Under the pieces are notes generated by a model. That model ran no database searches. It was not told the origin of the DNA and saw only the letters and a program-made list of their open reading frames with translations. Below, in pieces: positions 18,573 to 27,203 of a DNA stretch of 60,480 nucleotides. Made by a program: the position numbers and the translations under genes. This DNA comes from Oscillospiraceae bacterium (GTDB lineage Bacteria > Bacillota > Clostridia > Oscillospirales > Ruminococcaceae): the NCBI GenBank assembly GCA_045636625.1, contig JAZTXW010000048.1:1-60480 (forward strand). Reading direction: 5' to 3'. Each line of letters begins with the position of its first letter. Position 1 is the stretch's first letter.

Positions 18573-20385
18573 ACTGCTCGTCCTCCTCTCTCATCTGGCT
18601 TTCATAAACGTCGCGATAAATTGCGCTTCGCTCCATAAGTTCAGAATGCGTTCCCACGTCGGAAAGTTTTCCTTCATCAAGAACGGCAATTCTGTCGCAG
18701 GTCATGATCGAAGCGATTCTTTGTGCAATTATTATTTTTGTCGTTCCCGGAAGGGAATTATGAAGCGCACGGCGGATATGTTCGTCCGTTGTCATATCGC
18801 AGGCACTTGTGGAGTCATCAAGAATAAGTATTTTCGGATGTTTGATTACCGCTCTTGCAATACGAAGGCGCTGGCGCTGACCGCCCGAAAGGTTTGCTCC
18901 GTCCTGTTCAAGCATTGTTTCGTAACCGTCTTTAAAACGATCTATAAATTCATCCGCGCAGGCAATATAGCAAGCTTCCTTCATCTGTTCCGGAGTTGCA
19001 TTTTTATCTCCCCAGCGAAGGTTATCCGCGATTGTTCCGCTGAAAAGCGAACCGTTTTGAAGGACCATTGAAACTCCGTTGCGGAGGTTTTCAAGCTTAT
19101 ATTCCTTAACATCGATTCCGCCGACTTTTACCGTTCCGGAAAGTGCATCATAAAAACGCGGAATAAGGTTTACAAGGGTGGATTTTCCTTCTCCTGTGCC
19201 GCCGATAACGCCCATTGTTTCGCCGCTTTTAATATGGAGATTTATATGGGAAAGTTCGAGTTTTTCATCATCTCCGTTATAGCTGAAGCATACGTCCTCA
19301 AAATCGACGCTTCCGTCGGAAACAACCGCTTCGGAAGCTCCGTCAACAATATCTACTTCCTCGTCAAGAACTTCGTTTATACGGATAAGGGATGCCTGTG
19401 CACGGGAAAGGGACATTACAAGCCATGAAAGCATTGTAAGGGAACTTACCGCCTGGGTTGTGTAGGAAACCATACTTACAAGTTCACCTGTAAGAAGACC
19501 AGTATTTTCGAAAATGATCTCTTTTCCCCCGAGGAAAAGGATTATAATAGTGCATCCCCACATGATAAGCATCTGTATGGGGCCTGTCATAGTGAAAAGC
19601 CTTGCGGAAGCAAGCTGGGCGTTTCTTAAATCCTCGGCCGTTTCACGGAAACGTTCTGATTCATAGTTTCCGCGGACATAGGCTTTTACCACCCTGCTGC
19701 TGACAAGGTTTTCCTGAATGGCTTTGTTCATTGCGTCCATTTTGCGAAGCATTTTTCTGAAGCGCGGCTGACCGGTTTTTATAAGAACAGCAAGAATTCC
19801 GGCAAGAAGCGGAATGCAGAAAAGAAAAATCACAGCAAGATGCGGAGCAATAGTAAAGGCCATGACCGTTGCCATAACTATCATTATAGGCGAACGCATA
19901 AGGGTTCTCAGCACCTGGAGCATCGTCATACGCATGGTGTTGACATCCGTTGTTGCCCTTGTTATAAGGCTTGATGTGGAGAAGCGGTCGGTATTTGCAA
20001 AAGAAAAACTCTGAATTTTTTCAAGAAGCGAAGAACGGAGATTTTTTGCAAAGCCCTGGCTTGAAAGAGCGGAAAATTTTGCCGCAAGAAGTCCGCACAT
20101 CATCGAAACGATTGCAACGGAAACCATTGCAATTCCAACTGTGAGCACGAATTTATTCCTGTTTTCAATAAGCTCAGGAGAAAAAAGCCATTTGAGCATA
20201 AAATCTTCTTCCCGATAAAGTCCGCCGTCAACAATTACCGACATAAGCATCGGAATGAGCACTTCGAGCATTACTTCCGCGCAGCCGAAAATCATCGTGA
20301 GCACGGTATATTTTTTATAGCCTTCAAAGTTTTTTCCAAGGTGACGGAAGATGCTTTTTTTCTGTTCCTTTTCCGTTTTCAACAT
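18559..20385 (-). CDS. ABC transporter ATP-binding/permease protein (heterodimer partner)
   Basis: 608 aa. Walker A GGTGEGKST, signature LSGGQRQR, Walker B ILDDSTS. It overlaps the downstream partner by 14 nt. Confidence 0.9.
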   Translation of the reverse strand: MLKTEKEQKKSIFRHLGKNFEGYKKYTVLTMIFGCAEVMLEVLIPMLMSVIVDGGLYREEDFMLKWLFSPELIENRNKFVLTVGIAMVSVAIVSMMCGLLAAKFSALSSQGFAKNLRSSLLEKIQSFSFANTDRFSTSSLITRATTDVNTMRMTMLQVLRTLMRSPIMIVMATVMAFTIAPHLAVIFLFCIPLLAGILAVLIKTGQPRFRKMLRKMDAMNKAIQENLVSSRVVKAYVRGNYESERFRETAEDLRNAQLASARLFTMTGPIQMLIMWGCTIIILFLGGKEIIFENTGLLTGELVSMVSYTTQAVSSLTMLSWLVMSLSRAQASLIRINEVLDEEVDIVDGASEAVVSDGSVDFEDVCFSYNGDDEKLELSHINLHIKSGETMGVIGGTGEGKSTLVNLIPRFYDALSGTVKVGGIDVKEYKLENLRNGVSMVLQNGSLFSGTIADNLRWGDKNATPEQMKEACYIACADEFIDRFKDGYETMLEQDGANLSGGQRQRLRIARAVIKHPKILILDDSTSACDMTTDEHIRRALHNSLPGTTKIIIAQRIASIMTCDRIAVLDEGKLSDVGTHSELMERSAIYRDVYESQMREEDEQYAKG

Positions 20386-20520
20386 CTCCTTTTTGTTTCA
20401 TATCCAACAAAAAATTATAGCAGAATCCTCCTTTTTTATCAATACAAACCATTTATAAATAAGATATGTTTTATTTATTGTATTTTGGCTATTTTAATAG
20501 CGGAGGTTTCTTTTTTCAAC

Positions 20521-20556
20521 AAAAAAATCTCCGCCTTTAAAGCGGAGATTTTTTTG
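20521..20556 (-). terminator. Intrinsic terminator after the sigma/anti-sigma operon
   Basis: Hairpin ATCTCCGC-CTTTAAA-GCGGAGAT flanked by A and T runs. Confidence 0.8.
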
Positions 20557-20567
20557 TTGCTGCTCTT

Positions 20568-21410
20568 TTATGCAAATGGACAGTCATATTTTATATAAAT
20601 ATTAAAACCTTCGTGCCTTGTTTCGCCGTTTTCGTTTGCTGCCGCAGTATGCCAGAAAGTGGATACCAAAATCACGTTCGTGTCATCGGGATTTATATAG
20701 ACTTCAAATTCACCTTCGTTGCCTACAAGGTTACCTCTTGGTACGGTGTCATATCCGGAAAACTCGGTTGTTCCGGCAAAAACAAAGCTCTCCGGCGCTT
20801 CGCCTTCAATACGTATTCCGTATGTGCTTTCCATAGCGTCATAATATTCACTTGTGACGTCGGGATAATCCCCATAAGGTTTTGCGCTCCACATGGAAAT
20901 ATAATATTCCCCATCAAGGCAGACAAGATCTGCGCCTCTTAATCTCTCATCAACATAGCGGACATAGGCATCATGCGGATCAGCCGGAATAAGCGTTCCG
21001 CTTGAATCAACTGCTCCATTGGTGCGTACTTCATGATAAACGTAAATCCATTCGGGGATATCCGGATTTATATAATATGGGCGGTCTTCAAATCCGCCGA
21101 CGTCTGCCTCACCGGCATATACAAAACCTTCCGGAAGTTCATCGAAAACCGCAATGTGCGGCGAAATATAATACCGGATTCCATTCGATGAAAGATTTGG
21201 AGGACCTTCGCCGGGATCAGCCGTTTCCGGTTCTTCCGGCGGAGCATAAACACCGACCGAAACCGCAAAACCGGCTATAATACAGATGCAGGCTGCCGCC
21301 GCTATCCATTTTATCCACCGGGCTTTCCGCTTTTTCGGTTTTGCTTCCGCTTCTTCAATATATTCCGGAGCAATAAGTCCCATTTTATCAAGAAATTCGC
21401 TTCCTCTCAT
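20568..21410 (-). CDS. Membrane-anchored hypothetical protein, putative anti-sigma factor
   Basis: 280 aa. It overlaps the sigma gene by 4 nt. Short cytoplasmic N-terminus (LIAPEYIEEAEA), one TM helix (WIAAAACICIIAGFAVSV), and an extracellular domain with two LPEGF/APESF-x-Y/F-AG repeats. Confidence 0.55.
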   Translation of the reverse strand: MRGSEFLDKMGLIAPEYIEEAEAKPKKRKARWIKWIAAAACICIIAGFAVSVGVYAPPEEPETADPGEGPPNLSSNGIRYYISPHIAVFDELPEGFVYAGEADVGGFEDRPYYINPDIPEWIYVYHEVRTNGAVDSSGTLIPADPHDAYVRYVDERLRGADLVCLDGEYYISMWSAKPYGDYPDVTSEYYDAMESTYGIRIEGEAPESFVFAGTTEFSGYDTVPRGNLVGNEGEFEVYINPDDTNVILVSTFWHTAAANENGETRHEGFNIYIKYDCPFA

Positions 21411-21976
21411 AAAGTGTAGCCCTCCTTTTCAAGAAATTCCCGGAGATTTTTTCTGCAGCGGAAAAGAACGGTTTTAACCTTGCTTTCCGAAACGGAAAAC
21501 CTTGCGGAGATTTTTGTAACGGAATCCAGATACCAATATCTGCGGACAAAAATATTCCTTTTTTCTTCATCAAGTCCGCAAAGAAAACGGTTTATTATTT
21601 CGGCAAACGCCATTTCATCAAGGCGACATTCCGTATCGTCCGGCGCAGGGATACATTCTTCCATCTCCGCGCTCAGTTCGCTGATAAACGCGCTGCGTTT
21701 CAGCGCATTTTTTCTTCGGCAGCAATTCAGAGAAATATGGCGGGTTATCCTTGCAAGAAAAGCATAGAGATAACTTTTCGGTTCATGGGGCGGAATTCTG
21801 TTCCAGGCTTCCATATAGGTATCATTTTCACATTCTTCCGCCGTCTCTGAATCATGCACCATTCCGTATGAAACGGAACGCAGACGTTTTCCGTATTTTT
21901 CCGCGGTGTTTTCTATTGCGGTTTCGTCGCGCTGTAAATACAGTTCAACTATTTTTTCGTCCTCCAAGGCTTTCAT
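21407..21976 (-). CDS. RNA polymerase sigma-70 family factor, ECF-like
   Basis: Region 2 (AEECENDTYMEAW) and a region 4 HTH (SVTKISARFSVSESKVKTVLFRCRKNL). The start is uncertain: ATG 21976, TTG 21964 or GTG 22018. Confidence 0.8.
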   Translation of the reverse strand: MKALEDEKIVELYLQRDETAIENTAEKYGKRLRSVSYGMVHDSETAEECENDTYMEAWNRIPPHEPKSYLYAFLARITRHISLNCCRRKNALKRSAFISELSAEMEECIPAPDDTECRLDEMAFAEIINRFLCGLDEEKRNIFVRRYWYLDSVTKISARFSVSESKVKTVLFRCRKNLREFLEKEGYTL

Positions 21977-22049
21977 CTCCTTTCCACAATACTCAAAGGC
22001 CTTCACCCATATAAGCACCCTTTGGTATAAAAAGGTTACACTTTTTTAC

Positions 22050-22080
22050 AAAAAAGGAACGGCAGAGCCGTTCCTTTTTG
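22050..22080 (-). terminator. Intrinsic terminator after pepF
   Basis: Hairpin AGGAACGGC-AGA-GCCGTTCCT with flanking A/T runs. Confidence 0.8.
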
Positions 22081-22092
22081 CTGTTTTTTCAA

Positions 22093-23895
22093 TTATTTGT
22101 TGAGTTCTTCCATTTCTTCAACAAGTTCGCCGAAGAGTCTGAGAGCGGAGTTAACGGGTTCCGGGCTGCTCATATCTACGCCGGCAATTTTAAGAAGAGA
22201 GATCGGGTCGGAGCTTCCGCCGCTGGAGAGGAATTTTTTATAATCAGCAACGGCAGATTCGCCTTCGGCAAGGATCTTGTTTGCGATTGCAACTGCAGCG
22301 GAGAAACCGGTTGCATACTGGAAAACATAATAGTTATAGAAGAAATGGGGAATTCTTGCCCATTCAAGAGCGATTCCGTCATCGGAAACCATATCGGGTC
22401 CGAAATAGAGTTTATTGAGTTCGTGATATTTTTTGGAAAGAGCATCTGCGGTAAGAGCTTCGCCGCGTTCGGACATTCTTCCGATTTCTCTTTCAAATTC
22501 AGCAAACATGGTCTGGCGATAAACGGTGCCTTTGAAAGAATCGAGGAAATGGTTGATAAGATATGCTCTTTCGGTCTTATCGGTAGTCTTGCTGAGAAGA
22601 TGACGCATAAGAAGAACTTCGTTGCAAGTGGAAGCAACTTCTGCAACAAAGATTACATAACCTGCGGTGTTTACCGGCTGGTATTTGGTGCTGTGATAGC
22701 TGTGGAGAGCATGGCCCATTTCATGTGCAAGGGTGAACATGCTGTCGAGAGTATCCTTGTGGTTGAGAAGAACGTAAGGATGGGGTTTTCCGTGGCCGGT
22801 GGAATATGCTCCGCCGCGTTTTCCTTCGTTTTCATAAACGTCGATCCAGCGGTTTTCAAAGCCTTCTTTAAGAAGAGCGGTGTAATCTTCGCCGAGAACC
22901 GCAAGAGCTTCGAGAACGGTTGCTTTTGCTTCATCAATACCGATTTTAGAAGCGGCGTCAGCTACGATAGGGGTATAAACGTCGTACATGTGGAGCTCAT
23001 CAACACCAAGCATTTTTTTGCGGAGAGCGACGTATTTATACATTTTATCGAGGTTGTTATGAACGGTTTCGATAAGGTTGTCATAAACTTCTTCCGGAAC
23101 CTCGGTGCGGTCAAGGGCTGCTTCACGGGTGGAGTTATATTTTCTTGCTTTTGCAAAGAAGTTGCGTTTTTTGAATTCGCCGTCAAGGGTCATTGCGATG
23201 GTGTTTTTGAAATCGCCGTAACGGCCGTAGAATGCTTCAAAAGCATTTTTTCTGAGAACGCGGTCGGAACTTTCTTCAAGCGGAACAAAAGAGCCGTTGG
23301 TAAGGGCATGTTCGTTGCCTTCGGAGTCAACAACGTTCGGGAATTTAAGGTCTGCGTTGCGGAGGATTCCGCCGATTTTATCCGCGGAATCTGCCATTTC
23401 TTCAGCGGAGGCAAGAAGAGCTTCTTCCTCTTTGGAAAGGATGTGTGCCGCTCTTCTTCTGATTTTATAGATGCTTCTGCGATAGGTTTCGAGTTCGGGA
23501 CATTCGGCATAGAAAGAATTGAGAGTTTTTTCCGGAATTGCCATGATTTCGGGAGTTGCAAAAGCGCCGGCGGATTCGATTGCAACGATGGTTGCCATTG
23601 CTTTTCCGCGGAAATCCTGATATTTTGCGTTGCTCATATCCTGGTCGCCGCTGCAGCTTGCGTAGGTATAAAGGGTTTCAAGACGAACGGAAAGTTCATC
23701 TTCATTTTTGAAATATTCAAGAAGATTTGCGGCGGATTCGCCGAGAGTTCCCTGATATTTTGCTACGATTTCGGGATATGCTTTAAGAGCTTCGTATTCG
23801 GCAAGCCATGCTTCGTCGCTTTCGAACATATCTTTAAGGTTCCAGGTATATTCTTCCGGAACTTCGCTTCGTTTAAGGATTTTTTCTTCTGCCAT
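22093..23895 (-). CDS. pepF: Oligoendopeptidase F (M3B family)
   Basis: 600 aa with the zinc motif HEMGHALH and overall PepF-like length and N-terminus. Confidence 0.9.
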   Translation of the reverse strand: MAEEKILKRSEVPEEYTWNLKDMFESDEAWLAEYEALKAYPEIVAKYQGTLGESAANLLEYFKNEDELSVRLETLYTYASCSGDQDMSNAKYQDFRGKAMATIVAIESAGAFATPEIMAIPEKTLNSFYAECPELETYRRSIYKIRRRAAHILSKEEEALLASAEEMADSADKIGGILRNADLKFPNVVDSEGNEHALTNGSFVPLEESSDRVLRKNAFEAFYGRYGDFKNTIAMTLDGEFKKRNFFAKARKYNSTREAALDRTEVPEEVYDNLIETVHNNLDKMYKYVALRKKMLGVDELHMYDVYTPIVADAASKIGIDEAKATVLEALAVLGEDYTALLKEGFENRWIDVYENEGKRGGAYSTGHGKPHPYVLLNHKDTLDSMFTLAHEMGHALHSYHSTKYQPVNTAGYVIFVAEVASTCNEVLLMRHLLSKTTDKTERAYLINHFLDSFKGTVYRQTMFAEFEREIGRMSERGEALTADALSKKYHELNKLYFGPDMVSDDGIALEWARIPHFFYNYYVFQYATGFSAAVAIANKILAEGESAVADYKKFLSSGGSSDPISLLKIAGVDMSSPEPVNSALRLFGELVEEMEELNK

Positions 23896-23993
23896 AATTC
23901 AGAAACCTCCGATTCAAAAACATTTTGCGTTCGACATTGGGAATTTTTCCCGTGTACAGGGACATTATACTACATATCGCTTTAAAATGCAAA

Positions 23994-24024
23994 AGAAAAA
24001 AGCTCCCTTTCGGGAGCTTTTTTG
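23994..24024 (-). terminator. Intrinsic terminator after the ABC importer operon
   Basis: Hairpin AAGCTCCC-TTTC-GGGAGCTT followed by a T-run. Confidence 0.8.
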
Positions 24025-24030
24025 ATTTCA

Positions 24031-24828
24031 TTATTTTGCAAGCATCATGCGGTCGTTGGAAAATTCTTTTCCGCTGACTTCCTCGAATTTTGCAAGAAGG
24101 TCCGGAACTTTAAGGTTTTTCTTTTCCTCTCCTCCGATATCGAGGATAACGTGACCGTGGTCCATCATGATAAGGCGGTTGCCGTATTTTATAGCGTCAT
24201 TCATATTATGAGTGACCATAAGGGTCGTAAGGTTGTTTTCGGTAACGACCTTATTTGTCATTTCAAGAACGGTTTTTGCGGTTTTGGGGTCAAGAGCGGC
24301 GGTGTGTTCATCAAGAAGAAGAAGCTGAGGTTTTTTGATGGTTGCCATAAGAAGGGTCAAAGCCTGGCGCTGACCGCCGGAAAGAAGTCCGACTTTGGAA
24401 TCAAGTCTGTCTTCAAGACCCAGATCAAGGGTTTTGAGAAGTTCGACAAACTGTTCGCGTTCCTTGTTGCTTATTCCCCATTTAAAGCTTCTGTTTTTTC
24501 CGCGGCGAAGAGCAAACGCAAGGTTTTCTTCGATCCACATGTCCCCTGCGGTTCCTCTGAGAGGATCCTGGAAAACGCGTCCGATATATTTTGCGCGTTT
24601 GTATTCGGGGTCTTTTGTGACGTCGTGGCCGTCGATGGAGATATGACCTTTATCAAGTTCAAAAACACCGGCAATTGCGTTGAGCATGGTGGATTTGCCC
24701 GCTCCGTTGCCGCCGATTATTGTTACAAAATCTCCTTCTTCAAGGTGAAGGTTAAGGTCGATAAGAGCTTCCTTCTGAACGGGGGTTCCTTTGTTGAATG
24801 TTTTATAAACGTGGTTTATATCAAGCAT
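24031..24828 (-). CDS. ABC transporter ATP-binding protein (importer)
   Basis: 265 aa. Walker A GGNGAGKST, signature LSGGQRQ, Walker B LLLDEHTAALD. Confidence 0.9.
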   Translation of the reverse strand: MLDINHVYKTFNKGTPVQKEALIDLNLHLEEGDFVTIIGGNGAGKSTMLNAIAGVFELDKGHISIDGHDVTKDPEYKRAKYIGRVFQDPLRGTAGDMWIEENLAFALRRGKNRSFKWGISNKEREQFVELLKTLDLGLEDRLDSKVGLLSGGQRQALTLLMATIKKPQLLLLDEHTAALDPKTAKTVLEMTNKVVTENNLTTLMVTHNMNDAIKYGNRLIMMDHGHVILDIGGEEKKNLKVPDLLAKFEEVSGKEFSNDRMMLAK

Positions 24829-25758
24829 TTATTCCCCCTCCTTTCCGGAAAGCTTTGCAAGAGCAGAATCTTTAAGTCCCGGTGCAACAAGGGCGATTAC
24901 AACGATTATTGCGGTGATGAGTTTCATATCATCGGCGGTAATCTTGATAATAGTATCTGCGGTAAGGCTGATTCTGAGAACAAAAGCGATTATAATTCTG
25001 TAAACGATAGAACCGATTACGACACCGGCAAGACGGTGGAAATAAGTTTTTTTGCTGAAAAGAACTTCGCCTATCATAATGGCCGCAAGACCGATTACTA
25101 TCGTACCTACGCCCATATTGATATCAGCATATCCCTGGTACTGTGCAAGAAGAGCGCCGGACATTGCAACAAGTCCGTTGCCGACAATAAGACCGAGAAC
25201 TATATAAACCTTGGTGTTTGCGCCCATTGCTCTTACCATATGGGGGTTGTTTCCGGTTGCGCGAAGTGCACATCCGATTTCTGTTCCGAAGAAGCAATAT
25301 ACTCCGATTATAAGAACGATTACAAAAACAACGCCGATAAGAAGTCCCGCCCATCTGGAAGGAACTCCGAGAGCTTTGATCTGGCTGAAAAGAGTAACTT
25401 CGTTAAGAAGTCCGAAGTTTGCTTTTCCCATGATTCGAAGGTTTATGGAATAGAGTGCAAACTGTGTGAGGATTCCGGCAAGAAGATCCGGGATCTTGAA
25501 TTTTGTATGGAGGAAACCGGTTATGGAACCTGCTGCCATTCCGCTTGCCGTTGCGATGAGGATTGCAAGTATCGGAGAAACTCCGGCCGCAACGCAAACT
25601 GCGGAAACAGCGCCGCCAAGAGTAAGGCTTCCGTCAACGGTAAGGTCTGCATAGTTGAGTACGCGATATGTAAGATAAAGTCCAAGCGCCATTATTGCCC
25701 AGATTACACCAAGGGTGGCGCCGCCCTGGATATCCCAGAGCCAGCTCATAATATTCAT
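24829..25758 (-). CDS. ABC transporter permease
   Basis: 309 aa, polytopic and hydrophobic. Directly abuts the ATPase gene. Confidence 0.85.
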   Translation of the reverse strand: MNIMSWLWDIQGGATLGVIWAIMALGLYLTYRVLNYADLTVDGSLTLGGAVSAVCVAAGVSPILAILIATASGMAAGSITGFLHTKFKIPDLLAGILTQFALYSINLRIMGKANFGLLNEVTLFSQIKALGVPSRWAGLLIGVVFVIVLIIGVYCFFGTEIGCALRATGNNPHMVRAMGANTKVYIVLGLIVGNGLVAMSGALLAQYQGYADINMGVGTIVIGLAAIMIGEVLFSKKTYFHRLAGVVIGSIVYRIIIAFVLRISLTADTIIKITADDMKLITAIIVVIALVAPGLKDSALAKLSGKEGE

Positions 25759-25788
25759 TTAAATTTAATCTTCCTAATCTTTTAATAA

Positions 25789-26763
25789 TCAATAAACGGT
25801 TGCTGCTTTTTCAAGAATCTCTGCGGGGATTTCAACTCCAACGCTTTCTGCGAAAGTTTTGTTGACAACAAGAGCGCATTCTTTCTGGGTTTCAACAGCG
25901 ATTTCGGATGCGGATTCGCCGTTAAGAACACGAACAGCCTGTGCTGCGGTCTGTTTTCCGAGTTCATAATAATCGATTGCAGTGGTTGCGATACCGCCTT
26001 CGGCGATCATTGCTTCAACAGCGCAGAAAACAGGGATCTGGTTTTCAACTGCGGTCTGGTTTACGGTTGCCATTGCGGAAGCAAATGCGTTATCGGAAGG
26101 AATATAAATTGCGACAACGCTTCCTACTACAGAAGAAATAACCTGAGGAATATCGTTGGAGGAAGAGGAAGTCTGGATAATAACTTCCATTCCAAGAGCT
26201 TCCGCAGCAAGTTTTGCTTCGTCTGCCTGGATTGCAGAGTTAGGCTCGCTGGAAGTATAAAGGATAGCGATTTTTTCAGCTTCCGGAAGAACGTCTTTGA
26301 TAACAGCGATCTGGTCTGCGATAACCGGCATATCAAGGGTTCCGGTTACGTTTTTGCCGGGAACTTCGTTGGAATCAACAAGTCCTGCGCCAACAGCGTC
26401 GGTTACAGCGGTGAAGAAAACGGGGATATCAGTTTCCTGGAAAACATTTACTGCGGACTGTGCTGCGGGAGTTGCGATTGCAAGGGCAAGATCGATTCCG
26501 TTGTTTGCAAAAATATCACAAATCTGCTGGCAGTTGCCGACTTCGCCGGATGCATTCTGGAATTCAATTTTAAGGTTTTCGCCTTCAACATATCCTGCTT
26601 CTGCAAGGCCGTCCACAAATCCCTGATATGCTTCATCAAGAGATGCGTGCTGCATAAACTGGATTACGCCAACGGTTACAACTCCGTCGTCCGGGGTTTC
26701 GCTGCAGCCGGAAACTGCAAGCATCATTACAAGAGCCATTATAACAGAAAGAACTTTTTTCAT
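25789..26763 (-). CDS. ABC transporter substrate-binding lipoprotein (ABC_sub_bind / PF04392-like)
   Basis: Lipobox MKKVLSVIMALVMMLAVSGC. Start at the ATG after GGAGGT. VGVIQFMQHASLDEA is typical of the family. Confidence 0.8.
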   Translation of the reverse strand: MKKVLSVIMALVMMLAVSGCSETPDDGVVTVGVIQFMQHASLDEAYQGFVDGLAEAGYVEGENLKIEFQNASGEVGNCQQICDIFANNGIDLALAIATPAAQSAVNVFQETDIPVFFTAVTDAVGAGLVDSNEVPGKNVTGTLDMPVIADQIAVIKDVLPEAEKIAILYTSSEPNSAIQADEAKLAAEALGMEVIIQTSSSSNDIPQVISSVVGSVVAIYIPSDNAFASAMATVNQTAVENQIPVFCAVEAMIAEGGIATTAIDYYELGKQTAAQAVRVLNGESASEIAVETQKECALVVNKTFAESVGVEIPAEILEKAATVY

Positions 26764-26825
26764 TTTGGTTACCTCCAAAATATAAAATGTTTATTTAATC
26801 CCTTTTCGGGCAAATTAAATACCTG

Positions 26826-27090
26826 ACAAAAAAAGTCCCTGCAAAAAAAATGCAGGGACGAATAAAACAAGATCCGCGATACCACTCTGCTTTCGTACCG
26901 GCCTCGCAACCGGAACCTTAATAGGCTTAAAAGTCTTAGCGATGTAACGGTCGCACCCGTTGTATCTACTGCAATTTTCAACACACTGCTCGCAGAATGA
27001 ACTTCGAAACGGATATTGCGCTGTTGCCTCGCACCGACCGGCAATTCTCTGAAGCTTTTCTCCGCCCTACTCTTTCTGCTCAAACGCATT
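26826..27090 (-). promoter_or_regulatory. T-box leader (tRNA-sensing riboswitch) controlling the ABC importer operon
   Basis: The minus strand shows Stem I elements (GAGTA, AGAGA bulge, GGTGCGAG distal loop) and the T-box sequence GCAGAGTGGTATCGCG (rc of 26875-26890). The terminator GTCCCTGCA-N7-TGCAGGGAC plus U-run follows. Confidence 0.85.
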
Positions 27091-27203
27091 TAGTTGGCTA
27101 TGAAATTATGTAATCTATACTAACAATATTAAAAAGAAAAGTCAAGTCTTTTTTCAAACTTTGCAAAAAAATTAACTCATGCCGATAAAATTTGAATATT
27201 TAT

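Noticed and set aside
22078-25785. Long plus-strand ORFs of 635 aa (22078-23985) and 587 aa (24022-25785), opposite pepF and the ABC importer genes
   Set aside because: This is the same codon-aligned shadow-ORF effect. The minus-strand genes carry HEMGHALH and Walker/signature motifs. The plus-strand translations have no recognisable domains. The same applies to 10174-11148, 12774-13937, 29927-30952, 8974-9759 and 55454-56557.
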